Assembly: GCA_965248265.1 (NCBI GenBank)
Contig: CBDFJF010000002.1
Span: forward strand, 3,648,001-3,712,000
Direction: 5' to 3'
DNA length: 64,000 nt
DNA from: Candidatus Latescibacterota bacterium
Lineage (GTDB): Bacteria > Latescibacterota > UBA2968 > UBA8231
The notes beneath the pieces were generated by a model. The model did no database searches. It saw nothing but the letters and a program-made list of their open reading frames with translations, and had not been told where the DNA came from. The position numbers were made by a program, and so were the translations under genes. Below are positions 36,769-45,762 of this stretch, in pieces (the first letter of the stretch is position 1; each line of letters begins with the position of its first letter).

Positions 36769-38850
36769 CTATTGTGTGGTCTCCAATGTCGTGATCCGCT
36801 TGCTGATGGATTCTCCCAAGGCGGCGTTCGGTGCGTGGGGTAGGAACTTGCGGTAGTTGCCAACGGCAGCGCTTCTCATTCCCAGGTTTTCCTGCGCTCT
36901 GGCCAGAGCATAGTGCAACTTGACCCTCTCGGGCCACCGGCGCAGGCCGTGTGCACTCAGTGCTTGCGCCTCCTGAAATCGTCCCAGGCGCAGGTACACG
37001 AGGGCGAGATTGTAGCGAGCATCGTGCATCTTCTCATCAATGGATATGGCCACCTGGTAATGGTGGATGGCCGCTTCCAGTTTGTTCTGGTCGAAATGCA
37101 GATTCCCAAGACTGTAATGCGTCACGGCAGAGGCCGGCGCGAGGACAAGCGCTCTTTTTAGCGCGCTCTCCGCCGCCGCAATCTGACCTCGGTCTTTGTA
37201 GAGCAGTCCTAGTGCTCGCCATACATCAGGATTACTCGGCTCCAGCGTGCGCGCCTGTTCCATCAAGGCGATGGACTCGTCCGGTCGTACCTGGCGCAAC
37301 AGCGTCGAGAGGTTCACCAATGCGGGCACGAAGGTGTCCCCACTCGCCTGCAGACTTACCCGGTACGCCTGCTCAGCCACGACGGGGCGGTCCAGCATCC
37401 TGAGCGCGTTGCCCTTGTTGTAATGGACCTCCGGGACCTGGGGTGCCAGCATCGATGCGGTCTCATAACGCCTCAGTGCCTCATTGAAATCCCCTCGAGA
37501 TTCATGGACACCACCCAGTTCCTGATGTGCCCGGAACATCAAGGGTCCCTTGCTGACCGCATCCGACCAGATCGTGAAATTGCTTTTCCATGCATGATTG
37601 CGCTCATGAGATACCAGCGCGAACGACAACACGCACATGCAAAGGATGATCCGGATCGTCCAAACCCGATTTGACCGAGCGCCCTTCTCTACAACGGCGA
37701 TCAATCCGGCGAGTGCGATCGCGCCGAAGGCCATAGGCAGATAGAGACGGTGTTCATTCACCAGGACATTGAGCGGAACGATGACCGTTGGTAGTAAACT
37801 CAAGCCTGACCAGACCGCCGGTAGCAGCAGCGCCCAAACCACTATCGCGCGACTGCGTATGAGCAGGACGACGAGACTCACCATCAAGGCAGTGGCGACG
37901 ACGACGGCCGCTGATGCCAGCGATTCGCTGGCCAAGAACTGATGATCGATACTGAGCTTGATCGGCATGACGGTCAGCATTGCGTAGTAAGCGAGCGCCT
38001 TTGCCTGCGTGAACAATTGCGTGTCCAGTGAACGTACGGGCGTGGTCAGCGCTGTCGTGGCGAACTCTCTGACGACGATGATGTACCCGGCTGCGACAAT
38101 CCACAGTTGTAGATGTACTCGCAACAACCGGGCTACATCCGTGCCTGCATCCATCCGCGCGTCGGTCTCGACGTGGCCGCCTCGTCTTCTCCACCAGTCG
38201 AAGAACAAGATGGCCGCTGGCAGCGTTGCTACGATGGATTTGGCCAGCAGGCCAACGACCAGGGCAGCAACCGCAACCGAATAGAGCCACTTGCAGCTCG
38301 CCTTCTGGCCAACCGGCAAAATTCGAAATCGCACGAATGCGACCAGGCCAAGCAGGTACCCCAGCGCAGCCAGTGACTCCGAGCGGCTGCTGATGTAGTT
38401 GACGGTTTCCGCTTGTACGGGATGGAGTGCGAATACCAGGCTGGCGAATCCACTCCACATGGGTTTGAGACCGAGCCCACGGGCGAGTGCAAAAACCAAC
38501 ACTGCGCACACGGCGTGCACGCCCAGGTTCACCAGTCGATAGCCGTGGGCGCGGTATTGACCGAAATGGTGGTTGAGCGCGTAGGAAGTCAGCACCAGCG
38601 GGCGAAACATGGCGCGCTGGGTGAGCATGGAGAAGGTCTGTGGATCGGTGAAGAACTGTGGAATGTTGGTGAGACTGCGAATGTGGCGATTCTGGACGAT
38701 TGAGTGGTAATCGTCGTAGTGAAAGTCGTTGTCGAGGGAGTTCGCGTAGGTGAGGAAAAGGAGTACGACGACCAGGCCGAGCCCGATGCCTACGGGTACC
38801 GATGCCGCCGATTTCTCAACTGGGGGAGCTTTGGGTTGACGTTTGTTCAA
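36769..38850 (-). CDS. TMTC-like GT-C glycosyltransferase with C-terminal TPRs (paralog 2)
   Basis: NDFHYDDYHSIVQNRHI, MFRPL, FALHPVQAETVNYISSRSE, VNEHRLYLP, W.SNFTIWSDA, several TPRs. Confidence 0.88.
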   Translation of the reverse strand: MNKRQPKAPPVEKSAASVPVGIGLGLVVVLLFLTYANSLDNDFHYDDYHSIVQNRHIRSLTNIPQFFTDPQTFSMLTQRAMFRPLVLTSYALNHHFGQYRAHGYRLVNLGVHAVCAVLVFALARGLGLKPMWSGFASLVFALHPVQAETVNYISSRSESLAALGYLLGLVAFVRFRILPVGQKASCKWLYSVAVAALVVGLLAKSIVATLPAAILFFDWWRRRGGHVETDARMDAGTDVARLLRVHLQLWIVAAGYIIVVREFATTALTTPVRSLDTQLFTQAKALAYYAMLTVMPIKLSIDHQFLASESLASAAVVVATALMVSLVVLLIRSRAIVVWALLLPAVWSGLSLLPTVIVPLNVLVNEHRLYLPMAFGAIALAGLIAVVEKGARSNRVWTIRIILCMCVLSFALVSHERNHAWKSNFTIWSDAVSKGPLMFRAHQELGGVHESRGDFNEALRRYETASMLAPQVPEVHYNKGNALRMLDRPVVAEQAYRVSLQASGDTFVPALVNLSTLLRQVRPDESIALMEQARTLEPSNPDVWRALGLLYKDRGQIAAAESALKRALVLAPASAVTHYSLGNLHFDQNKLEAAIHHYQVAISIDEKMHDARYNLALVYLRLGRFQEAQALSAHGLRRWPERVKLHYALARAQENLGMRSAAVGNYRKFLPHAPNAALGESISKRITTLETTQ

Positions 38851-38939
38851 TCGACCACCTCAGCACGGCGGCTGGGGAGGTCGCACGCGTGTGGAACTGC
38901 AGCAGGACCCGTAACGCGGGAGAGTATTCCGGAAGACTC

Positions 38940-39215
38940 TTATCCCCCCGCTATCGCAGGCACGATGGAAACGACGTCACCATCGCTCAGAGCCGTGTCC
39001 TTGCCGTCCAGAAAACGGATGTCTTCGTCATTGATGTAGATGTTGACGTAACGCCTGATGTCACCGGACTCGTCCGTCAGCTTTTCCTTGATGCCCGCAT
39101 ACGCCTCTTCCAGATTTTCGACCAACTCCCCAACCGATGCTGCCTCTAGTTCAACCTCGGCCTGGTTATTGGTCAATTTCCGCAGGGGTGTCGGTATGTT
39201 GATGGTTACGGCCAT
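38940..39215 (-). CDS. MoaD/ThiS/CysO-family ubiquitin-like sulfur carrier
   Basis: MAVTINIPTPLR...RRYVNIYINDEDIRFLDG.DT.L.DGD.VSIVPAIAGG; C-terminal Gly-Gly; AGGAG RBS. Confidence 0.93.
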   Translation of the reverse strand: MAVTINIPTPLRKLTNNQAEVELEAASVGELVENLEEAYAGIKEKLTDESGDIRRYVNIYINDEDIRFLDGKDTALSDGDVVSIVPAIAGG

Positions 39216-39336
39216 AAATCGTTCGCTCCTGTTTCGTCGTTCTGGAGGTCGCTCACCCACCGCGCACACCAGCCAGTTTGGTTTCCTACCAGTAAAAAAC
39301 GTAATCCATGGCATTATCCGCAAAGTCGGCAACGCC

Positions 39337-41235
39337 TCATTGTTTCTCGAGACGCGCAATCTGCTCGTTCGCCCTTGCTGCCAAGGCGCCATTTGGCTCA
39401 ATCTCGAGCACTCGGCGAAAGGCGTTGATGGCATCTGAGGGACGCATCAGGTCCCGGAGCACGTTGCCCAGATTGAACCACCCGTCGACAGAGTTTTCGT
39501 CTGCCACCAGCGCTTGCCTGTAGGAGCGCTCGGCCTCCGAGAACTGCCCCAGAGCACGATGAGCCGCTCCTTTCCCCACCAGGAACCTGCTGCGATCTGA
39601 GCTTCCGGCCAGGGCAATGGCCTGCTTGTAGTGATCAAGTGCGTGCGCCGGATCTGCCTCGTGTTGCAGCGCTATATATCCCAAACGTCCATGGGCGACG
39701 CCGTCGGTGTCCTCGTAGCGAACAACAGCCTCATACTCATCTTTGGCCAGACGCCACCTTCCCTGCCGTAGAAGCAGACTCGCCAGGTTCAACCGGACTG
39801 GAATCGAATCGGGCGAATAACTCAGCAAGACGCGGAACTGCTCTTCTGCTTCTCTGGAACGACCCGCCCTCATCAACAGGTGGCCGAGGTTGTTGCGCGA
39901 GCTGACATGGGCAGGCCTCAATTTGATCGCCCTGCGGTAGGATTGCTCAGCCTCGTCGGGAGCTCCGGTTTTCTCCAGGGCGTCGGCCAGTCGCAGGTGC
40001 GGTTTTACCATCAAAGGCGCTTTCACAGTCGCATCGAGCCACAGCGACACCTCGTCCTTCCAGACTTCCCCACGCGCGACTGTAAGGCTTATGGCGACAG
40101 CCACCCAAACGGAAACGATGGCCATCGTCACCGCGCGCCGAGAGTGCATGCGGCCGAGACAACCGGCGATGACGATGGCGGCCCCTGCCGAGGCCAGGTA
40201 GCATCGGTGCTCGTTGACGAGAACGATCAACGGCACAATCGCCGACGGCAGGAGCGTAATGGCCGCCCACGAAACTCCAAAGCGCACCCAGGTGGCAGCG
40301 GAATGAATCGTACGATTTCCGACGAGCAACACAACAGCCAGGCTGATCAACAGTAAGCCGGCGACTAACACAGGCTCATCCACCACGCTTCGCGACACGG
40401 CAAACTGCCGCTCGACGCTGAGGTGGACCGGAAAAGGCAGCATGGTCAGGTAATAGGCCCAGGCTTTGGCTTGAGTCCACAACTGAACATCGAGATCCCT
40501 GATCGGACTCAGCATGGCCTTGCCGATTAGGCTGCGGCTATAGACGAGGTACACGGCGACGATGCCGAGCATGACCAGATGATGCATTCGTCGCTCATTC
40601 CAGGCTGACCGCCAGGAACCGGTGGATAGCCAATCGCACAAAAGCCACAACGGCACGGTGATGACAGCTACGGACTTGGTCAGAATACCCAGCGTCGCAC
40701 TCGCCAGCGAGATGAAAAACCAGACCCCCCTATGAAACTCGGCTTTGGTAGAACGCACGTAACACAGACAACTCGCCAACAGAAAAGACCCCATCAGCAA
40801 CTCGGAACGGCTACTGACATAGTTGACAGCTTCGGAATTCAGCGGCGTGACTGCGAACATCAAGCCGGCGACGAGGGCCGGCGCCGACGGCATCCCCAAC
40901 GCCAGCAGCAAACCGTACAGGAGCGCGACGTTGACCCCGTGCAGGAGCACGTTGCCGGCGTGGTACCAGGTGGGATCGAGCTCGCCAACCAGGTAGTTGA
41001 AGGCGTATGAGGTCAACAGAACCGGCCTGTACATGGCGCTTTCCGGGTTCTGCGAAAACAGACTCGGATCGACAAAAAAATCCCCGACCCGCTCCAGCGA
41101 GCGCACATGGGGATTGTTGACGATTGAATGAAAATCGTCGTAGTGGAAACCGTTGCCTAGAGCCGGCAAGTAGAGGACGACGGCAAGTGCAAACAGACCA
41201 CCCGCAAGCAGGCGCTCCCTCCCGATTCGCGCCAT
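39337..41235 (-). CDS. TMTC-like GT-C glycosyltransferase with C-terminal TPRs (paralog 3)
   Basis: NGFHYDDFHSIVNNPHV, MYRPV, EAVNYVSSRSE, VNEHRCYL, WKDEVSLW.DA, several TPRs. Confidence 0.88.
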   Translation of the reverse strand: MARIGRERLLAGGLFALAVVLYLPALGNGFHYDDFHSIVNNPHVRSLERVGDFFVDPSLFSQNPESAMYRPVLLTSYAFNYLVGELDPTWYHAGNVLLHGVNVALLYGLLLALGMPSAPALVAGLMFAVTPLNSEAVNYVSSRSELLMGSFLLASCLCYVRSTKAEFHRGVWFFISLASATLGILTKSVAVITVPLWLLCDWLSTGSWRSAWNERRMHHLVMLGIVAVYLVYSRSLIGKAMLSPIRDLDVQLWTQAKAWAYYLTMLPFPVHLSVERQFAVSRSVVDEPVLVAGLLLISLAVVLLVGNRTIHSAATWVRFGVSWAAITLLPSAIVPLIVLVNEHRCYLASAGAAIVIAGCLGRMHSRRAVTMAIVSVWVAVAISLTVARGEVWKDEVSLWLDATVKAPLMVKPHLRLADALEKTGAPDEAEQSYRRAIKLRPAHVSSRNNLGHLLMRAGRSREAEEQFRVLLSYSPDSIPVRLNLASLLLRQGRWRLAKDEYEAVVRYEDTDGVAHGRLGYIALQHEADPAHALDHYKQAIALAGSSDRSRFLVGKGAAHRALGQFSEAERSYRQALVADENSVDGWFNLGNVLRDLMRPSDAINAFRRVLEIEPNGALAARANEQIARLEKQ

Positions 41236-41247
41236 GGTGTTCCCTGC

Positions 41248-41721
41248 TCACTCCCCTTCGTCGATGTCGATCTGCACTTCTTCGAAATCCGCAGCCTCAC
41301 CATTCCATGCGAAAGCCTTGTGTCCCTTAACCTCGTCGTCGAAGACCGAGACAACGAGGTGAATCGCATCTGGATAGGCCGGTTCATCCCAGGTCAGGGC
41401 GCGCTCCTTATCTTCGTCCGAGAAGTACGCATCGCAGTCGATGTGCGAGTGGTAGAATCCGGAAACAGCACCGCCTCCCCGTTCGGCCTGGGTGATTACG
41501 GTTAGCAACTCCTTCGGATCGATGAAGTAGGCGATGCGGGCCTCACGAGGATACTGCTGCGGATCCTCCGCATGCAGACGATCCTGGATATTGACGCAGG
41601 GATGGGCGGTAGAGGGTCCCCCCTCCGGGCCGACGGTGAGCAAGCCGCAACACTCGGCCGGGTGTTCGTCGCGCGCCTGGGCGTAGATCTTGGCCAACTG
41701 TGTTCGGGATATCTTGAGCAT
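41248..41721 (-). CDS. Mec-like JAB/MPN (M67) metallopeptidase
   Basis: HPAECCGLL and JAMM motif FYHSHIDCDAYFSDED; start ATG 41721. Confidence 0.9.
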   Translation of the reverse strand: MLKISRTQLAKIYAQARDEHPAECCGLLTVGPEGGPSTAHPCVNIQDRLHAEDPQQYPREARIAYFIDPKELLTVITQAERGGGAVSGFYHSHIDCDAYFSDEDKERALTWDEPAYPDAIHLVVSVFDDEVKGHKAFAWNGEAADFEEVQIDIDEGE

Positions 41722-41726
41722 ATCTC

Positions 41727-42674
41727 TCAGTTGTCTCGTCGTCTCTCCGGCAACGTGACGGCCCCTTCCAGGGCCTGCCTCCACATTGGCGTGGTCATGT
41801 ATTTGTCACCGCCATCACAGAATACGGTTACGACGACGCCTTCATGCAGCTGCATGGCGATCTCGCGAGCTGCCCAGTAAGCGGCGCCTGCGGACTGGCC
41901 GACCAGGACACCCTTTTCTCGCGAGAGCTTGACCGTCATGTCGTAGGCGATTTCGGTGTCGAGTCCGATAACGTCGTCCAGCGCGCTTCGATCATATATC
42001 CCCGGCACGATGGAGCTGTCCATGTGCTTGAGCCCTTCAATACCGTGGAAAGACTCCGCCGGCTCTGCTCCGATAACCCGAATACCCGGATTCAGTGCTT
42101 TCAAACCCCGCCCAGTACCCATCACGGTACCACTCGTCCCCATGGTAGCTACAAAGTGTGTCACGCGGCCATCGGTCTGCTCCCAGATCTCGGGCGCTGT
42201 CGTGTCCCGGTGGGCTTTCCAGTTCGACGGATTGTTGTACTGGTCTGGCTTGTAGTACCGATCGGGATCTTCCTCCAGCAGACGGCGCGCCAGCAGGATG
42301 GCGCCGTCAGAGCCTTCTCCGGGATCACTGAAGACGACTTCTGCCCCGTAGGCAGCCAGGATCGCCTTGCGCTCGGCAGTGACATTCGAGGGCATCGCCA
42401 GCCGCACGTGATATCCCAGTGCAGCCCCGATCATGGCGTAGGCGATACCCGTGTTCCCCGAGGTAGAATCGAGGATGATTTTGTCCGGCGTCAACTGACC
42501 ACTGCTCTGGCCATCCACGATCATCCGCAAGGCTGGGCGATCTTTGACAGAGCCGGCGGGATTGAAGAATTCGAGCTTGGCGTATAGCTCAACATTCGGG
42601 GGCAGATCAGGATCCTTCAGTCGCAACAGCGGGGTATTGCCAATGGCATCAACGACGGAGCCGGGCGCCAGCAT
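41727..42674 (-). CDS. cysM: PLP-dependent cysteine synthase B / CysM-like
   Basis: IGNTPL, KLEFFNPAGSVKDRPA, DSTSGNTGIA, DQYNNP, GTSGT, IEGLK; adjacent to mec. Confidence 0.8.
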   Translation of the reverse strand: MLAPGSVVDAIGNTPLLRLKDPDLPPNVELYAKLEFFNPAGSVKDRPALRMIVDGQSSGQLTPDKIILDSTSGNTGIAYAMIGAALGYHVRLAMPSNVTAERKAILAAYGAEVVFSDPGEGSDGAILLARRLLEEDPDRYYKPDQYNNPSNWKAHRDTTAPEIWEQTDGRVTHFVATMGTSGTVMGTGRGLKALNPGIRVIGAEPAESFHGIEGLKHMDSSIVPGIYDRSALDDVIGLDTEIAYDMTVKLSREKGVLVGQSAGAAYWAAREIAMQLHEGVVVTVFCDGGDKYMTTPMWRQALEGAVTLPERRRDN

Positions 42675-43213
42675 TACTCCTCACCCGCTCCCACCGAACC
42701 ATGGAGGGTTTTGGTCTCCTGCTGCATGCTCTCCAGCTTCGCTTCAAGCGCGGCCAGTTCTGCATGTGCGGCTGCATTCTGATCGGCTCCGTCCAGACGC
42801 CGTTGATGCAGAACGCGAATGATGTTGCGGCTGACACTGCGGTTGATACCGGCGTTCTGCCTCATCAAGCGCTCGAAGGCAACCTTCTTCATGACCAGCA
42901 GGTTGGAATCGGCTGAAGAGCGAACGGTGGCCGAGCGCGGTTGGCCGGTGAACAACCCCATTTCCCCAACCGGGCTCACGGGAGCGACCCTGGCGATCTC
43001 GACTCCAGTCTCATCGTGGACCGTGAGCTCACCACTGAGCAGGATGGACAGATCGTCACTGGGTTGGCGGATCAGGCACAGCGTCTCCCCTTTTTTTACA
43101 GACTTGAACTCACATGCCTGCAGAATCGACGCCGCATCCTGCCGCGAGAGGTCCCCGAACATGGGGATCTTGTCCACGACCTGCAGCAGCGCTTTCAGCT
43201 TGTCGGCGTCCAT
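42674..43213 (-). CDS. Cyclic-nucleotide-binding domain protein with C-terminal coiled coil (no HTH)
   Basis: IPMFGDL...ILLSGEL...GEMGLFTGQPRSATVRS; TAATG overlap with cysM. Confidence 0.85.
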   Translation of the reverse strand: MDADKLKALLQVVDKIPMFGDLSRQDAASILQACEFKSVKKGETLCLIRQPSDDLSILLSGELTVHDETGVEIARVAPVSPVGEMGLFTGQPRSATVRSSADSNLLVMKKVAFERLMRQNAGINRSVSRNIIRVLHQRRLDGADQNAAAHAELAALEAKLESMQQETKTLHGSVGAGEE

Positions 43214-43352
43214 GGCATCACGTTTTGGTTTGGTTCCAGCCGGCCAAAACAGGACCTCGGCCGGAGTATCGGATCGTTTTTTGGAATATAGCGGACAGCG
43301 TGGGTACGCGCGAAAGAATTCTCTATAACATACACAGGATGCGTGACTTACC

Positions 43353-43382
43353 TTGACATCATCCTTTTTAGCCCCTTAGTTT
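43353..43382 (+). promoter_or_regulatory. sigma70 promoter of aspS
   Basis: TTGACA-N18-TAGTTT. Confidence 0.55.
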
Positions 43383-43430
43383 TTTGTCTCCGTTCAATCC
43401 CACTTTCCCGTTGCCAAAACCGCCCTTCAA

Positions 43431-45215
43431 ATGTCGAGTTCGATAGAGCCTCTCAGTGGTTGGAAGCGCACGCACGATTGCGGCAGTCTTGGCCTGGAAA
43501 ATCTGGGCGAGCAAGTTATCCTGATGGGCTGGGTCGCAACACGCCGCGACCACGGTGGGGTCATCTTCATCGACCTCCGAGACCGCTACGGGGTATCTCA
43601 GGCGGTCTTCAACCCGCAACACAGCGAAGCGGCCCACGCCAAAGCCGATCAAGTTCGCAATGAATATGTGGTTGCGGTACGTGGAGTCGTAGAGCAGCGT
43701 CCAGAAGGAATGGTCAATCCCCGCCTTGGAACGGGCGCCATCGAGATCAACTGCGACAACCTTCGCATCCTGAACGCGTCCCGACCCTCCCCCTTTCCGC
43801 TGGATGAATCCGTCGAGGTGGGCGAGGAGACCAGACTGCGCTATCGCTATCTCGATCTGCGTCGGACCCCGATGCAGAACAATCTAATGATCCGTCATCG
43901 GTGCTATCAGGAAACTCGCCGCATCCTCGTGGAGAAGGATTTTATCGAGGTCGAAACGCCCTTTCTCATTCGGAGCACACCGGAAGGAGCTCGCGACTAT
44001 CTCGTCCCCAGCCGCGTCAATCCAGGGCAGTTCTTCGCCCTGCCGCAATCGCCTCAGACCTACAAGCAACTGCTCATGATCGCCGGCATGGATCGCTATT
44101 TCCAAATCGTTAAGTGCTTCCGCGACGAAGACTTACGGGCAGACCGCCAGCCGGAATTCACGCAGATCGATATCGAGATGTCGTTCATTGACGAGGAAGA
44201 CATCATGGGGGTCGCCGAGGACATCACCAGGGGGCTTTTCAGGAAGATTCTGGATGTCCAGTTACCGGACCCCTTGCCCCGCCTGACCTACCATGAAGCG
44301 ATGGATCGCTTTGGTTCCGACAGCCCGGACCTGCGCTTTGGGCTCGAGTTCAAGAATGCCGCAGAGGCCGGACTGGCATCGGAATACAAGATATTCCGCT
44401 CCGTCCTTGATAGTGAAGGTGAAGTAAAGGGAATCAATGTAAAGGGCCGCAGTGACTTACCTAGAAATCAAATAGATCAGCTCATAGCCTTCGCGAAAGA
44501 GGCTGGTGCCGGCGGACTCAGCTGGATCAAGCACACGGACGCCGGGCTCGAGTCGTCGATCACCAAGTTTTTTCCCGACAAGGCCCAGAGTCTGCTGATC
44601 GAGGCACTGGAGTCCGAGCCGGGTGATCTATTGTTGCTCGTGGCAGACAAGCCGGGAAAGGTCGCAAAGGTTCTCAGCGCCTTGCGCCTGGAGTTGGCGG
44701 CCCGTCTCAATCTGATCCCCGAAGGCTCCTGGAGCCCTCTCTGGGTGACCGAATTCCCCCTGCTCGAGGATGACCCTGAAGGTGGCCGCTATGCCGCCGT
44801 GCATCATCCTTTCACCTCGCCTGCTGAGGATGATCTCGCATCACTCGAGGATGACCCGCTCGGGGTACGTGCTCGCGCCTATGACCTGGTCCTCAACGGC
44901 ACCGAAGTAGCAGGGGGCAGCATCAGGATTTTTCAGAGTGAGATCCAGAGTAAGGTGTTCGAGTTGCTCGACATCTCTGTCGAGGAGGCGAACAGCAAAT
45001 TCGGCTTCCTCCTCGAGGCACTCCAGAGCGGAGCGCCACCGCACGGCGGCATCGCCTTCGGTTTCGACCGCCTGGTGGCCATGTTGGCTGGCGAGGAGTC
45101 TATCCGTGACGTGATCGCCTTTCCCAAGACCAATAGGGCCTTCGGGCTCATGGAGAGTGCCCCGGGTCTGGTAGACGATCAGCAACTGCGAGAACTAGGT
45201 ATCCGCTTGCGCTGA
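43431..45215 (+). CDS. aspS: Aspartate--tRNA ligase
   Basis: RTHDCG, RRDHGGVIFIDLRD, TPEGARDY, CFRDEDLRADRQPEFTQIDIE, PPHGGIAFGFDR. Confidence 0.98.
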   Translation: MSSSIEPLSGWKRTHDCGSLGLENLGEQVILMGWVATRRDHGGVIFIDLRDRYGVSQAVFNPQHSEAAHAKADQVRNEYVVAVRGVVEQRPEGMVNPRLGTGAIEINCDNLRILNASRPSPFPLDESVEVGEETRLRYRYLDLRRTPMQNNLMIRHRCYQETRRILVEKDFIEVETPFLIRSTPEGARDYLVPSRVNPGQFFALPQSPQTYKQLLMIAGMDRYFQIVKCFRDEDLRADRQPEFTQIDIEMSFIDEEDIMGVAEDITRGLFRKILDVQLPDPLPRLTYHEAMDRFGSDSPDLRFGLEFKNAAEAGLASEYKIFRSVLDSEGEVKGINVKGRSDLPRNQIDQLIAFAKEAGAGGLSWIKHTDAGLESSITKFFPDKAQSLLIEALESEPGDLLLLVADKPGKVAKVLSALRLELAARLNLIPEGSWSPLWVTEFPLLEDDPEGGRYAAVHHPFTSPAEDDLASLEDDPLGVRARAYDLVLNGTEVAGGSIRIFQSEIQSKVFELLDISVEEANSKFGFLLEALQSGAPPHGGIAFGFDRLVAMLAGEESIRDVIAFPKTNRAFGLMESAPGLVDDQQLRELGIRLR

Positions 45216-45319
45216 AGTGGGATGTCGCGATCACCGACAGGCCTGCTTCGCGGGTTGGTCAAGGCTCCAGATTGATCGACCAAAAACTTCGTAAATCTTG
45301 TAACGACAGTAAGTTTACC

Positions 45320-45348
45320 TTGACATCCCAATTGGGCAGCCTTACTTT
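45320..45348 (+). promoter_or_regulatory. sigma70 promoter of lipoprotein-LysM pair
   Basis: TTGACA-N17-TACTTT; CCCAATTGGG palindrome in the spacer. Confidence 0.6.
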
Positions 45349-45432
45349 TCCCGGCGTACAATTTATAGGGTTCAGCCGTCTCGGTTTGAGCTTGGATTTC
45401 GACTGTTACACAGAGAAATTGGAGGGGTTTGA

Positions 45433-45717
45433 ATGCGCCTTCTTCGCAAGGTCGATAGTGGGAAACGATGGCTGATAGCGGCTTCCTTGTGCACGGCTTT
45501 ACTGGCCGCGTGTGCAGGTGGTCCTTCCCAGAAGGAGATGAGCCTTCTGGATGAGCAGATGAAAGCCGCTGAATCAGCGGAGAGCACGGTGGCCGCCAAG
45601 AAAGCGGAAAAGGCTCGACTTGAGAGCCTGGTAGCCAAGAAGAAAGCAGCCAAGAGCGATCTGGAGACGAAAAAAGCAGAAACACTTCGGAATCTGTCTG
45701 ACATGTCAGCAGAGTAA
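45433..45717 (+). CDS. Small coiled-coil lipoprotein
   Basis: GGAGG RBS; lipobox LAAC; Lys/Ala/Glu-rich helix. Confidence 0.8.
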   Translation: MRLLRKVDSGKRWLIAASLCTALLAACAGGPSQKEMSLLDEQMKAAESAESTVAAKKAEKARLESLVAKKKAAKSDLETKKAETLRNLSDMSAE

Positions 45718-45762
45718 ACCCCCTACCGCAGGATGCAGAGGATAAAGGGTGAGGACGGAATA

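Noticed and set aside
38940-41721. Bacterial ubiquitination or anti-phage (Ubl + JAB) system
   Set aside because: No E1/E2 or CD-NTase nearby; two cysteine synthases favour a sulfur-carrier role
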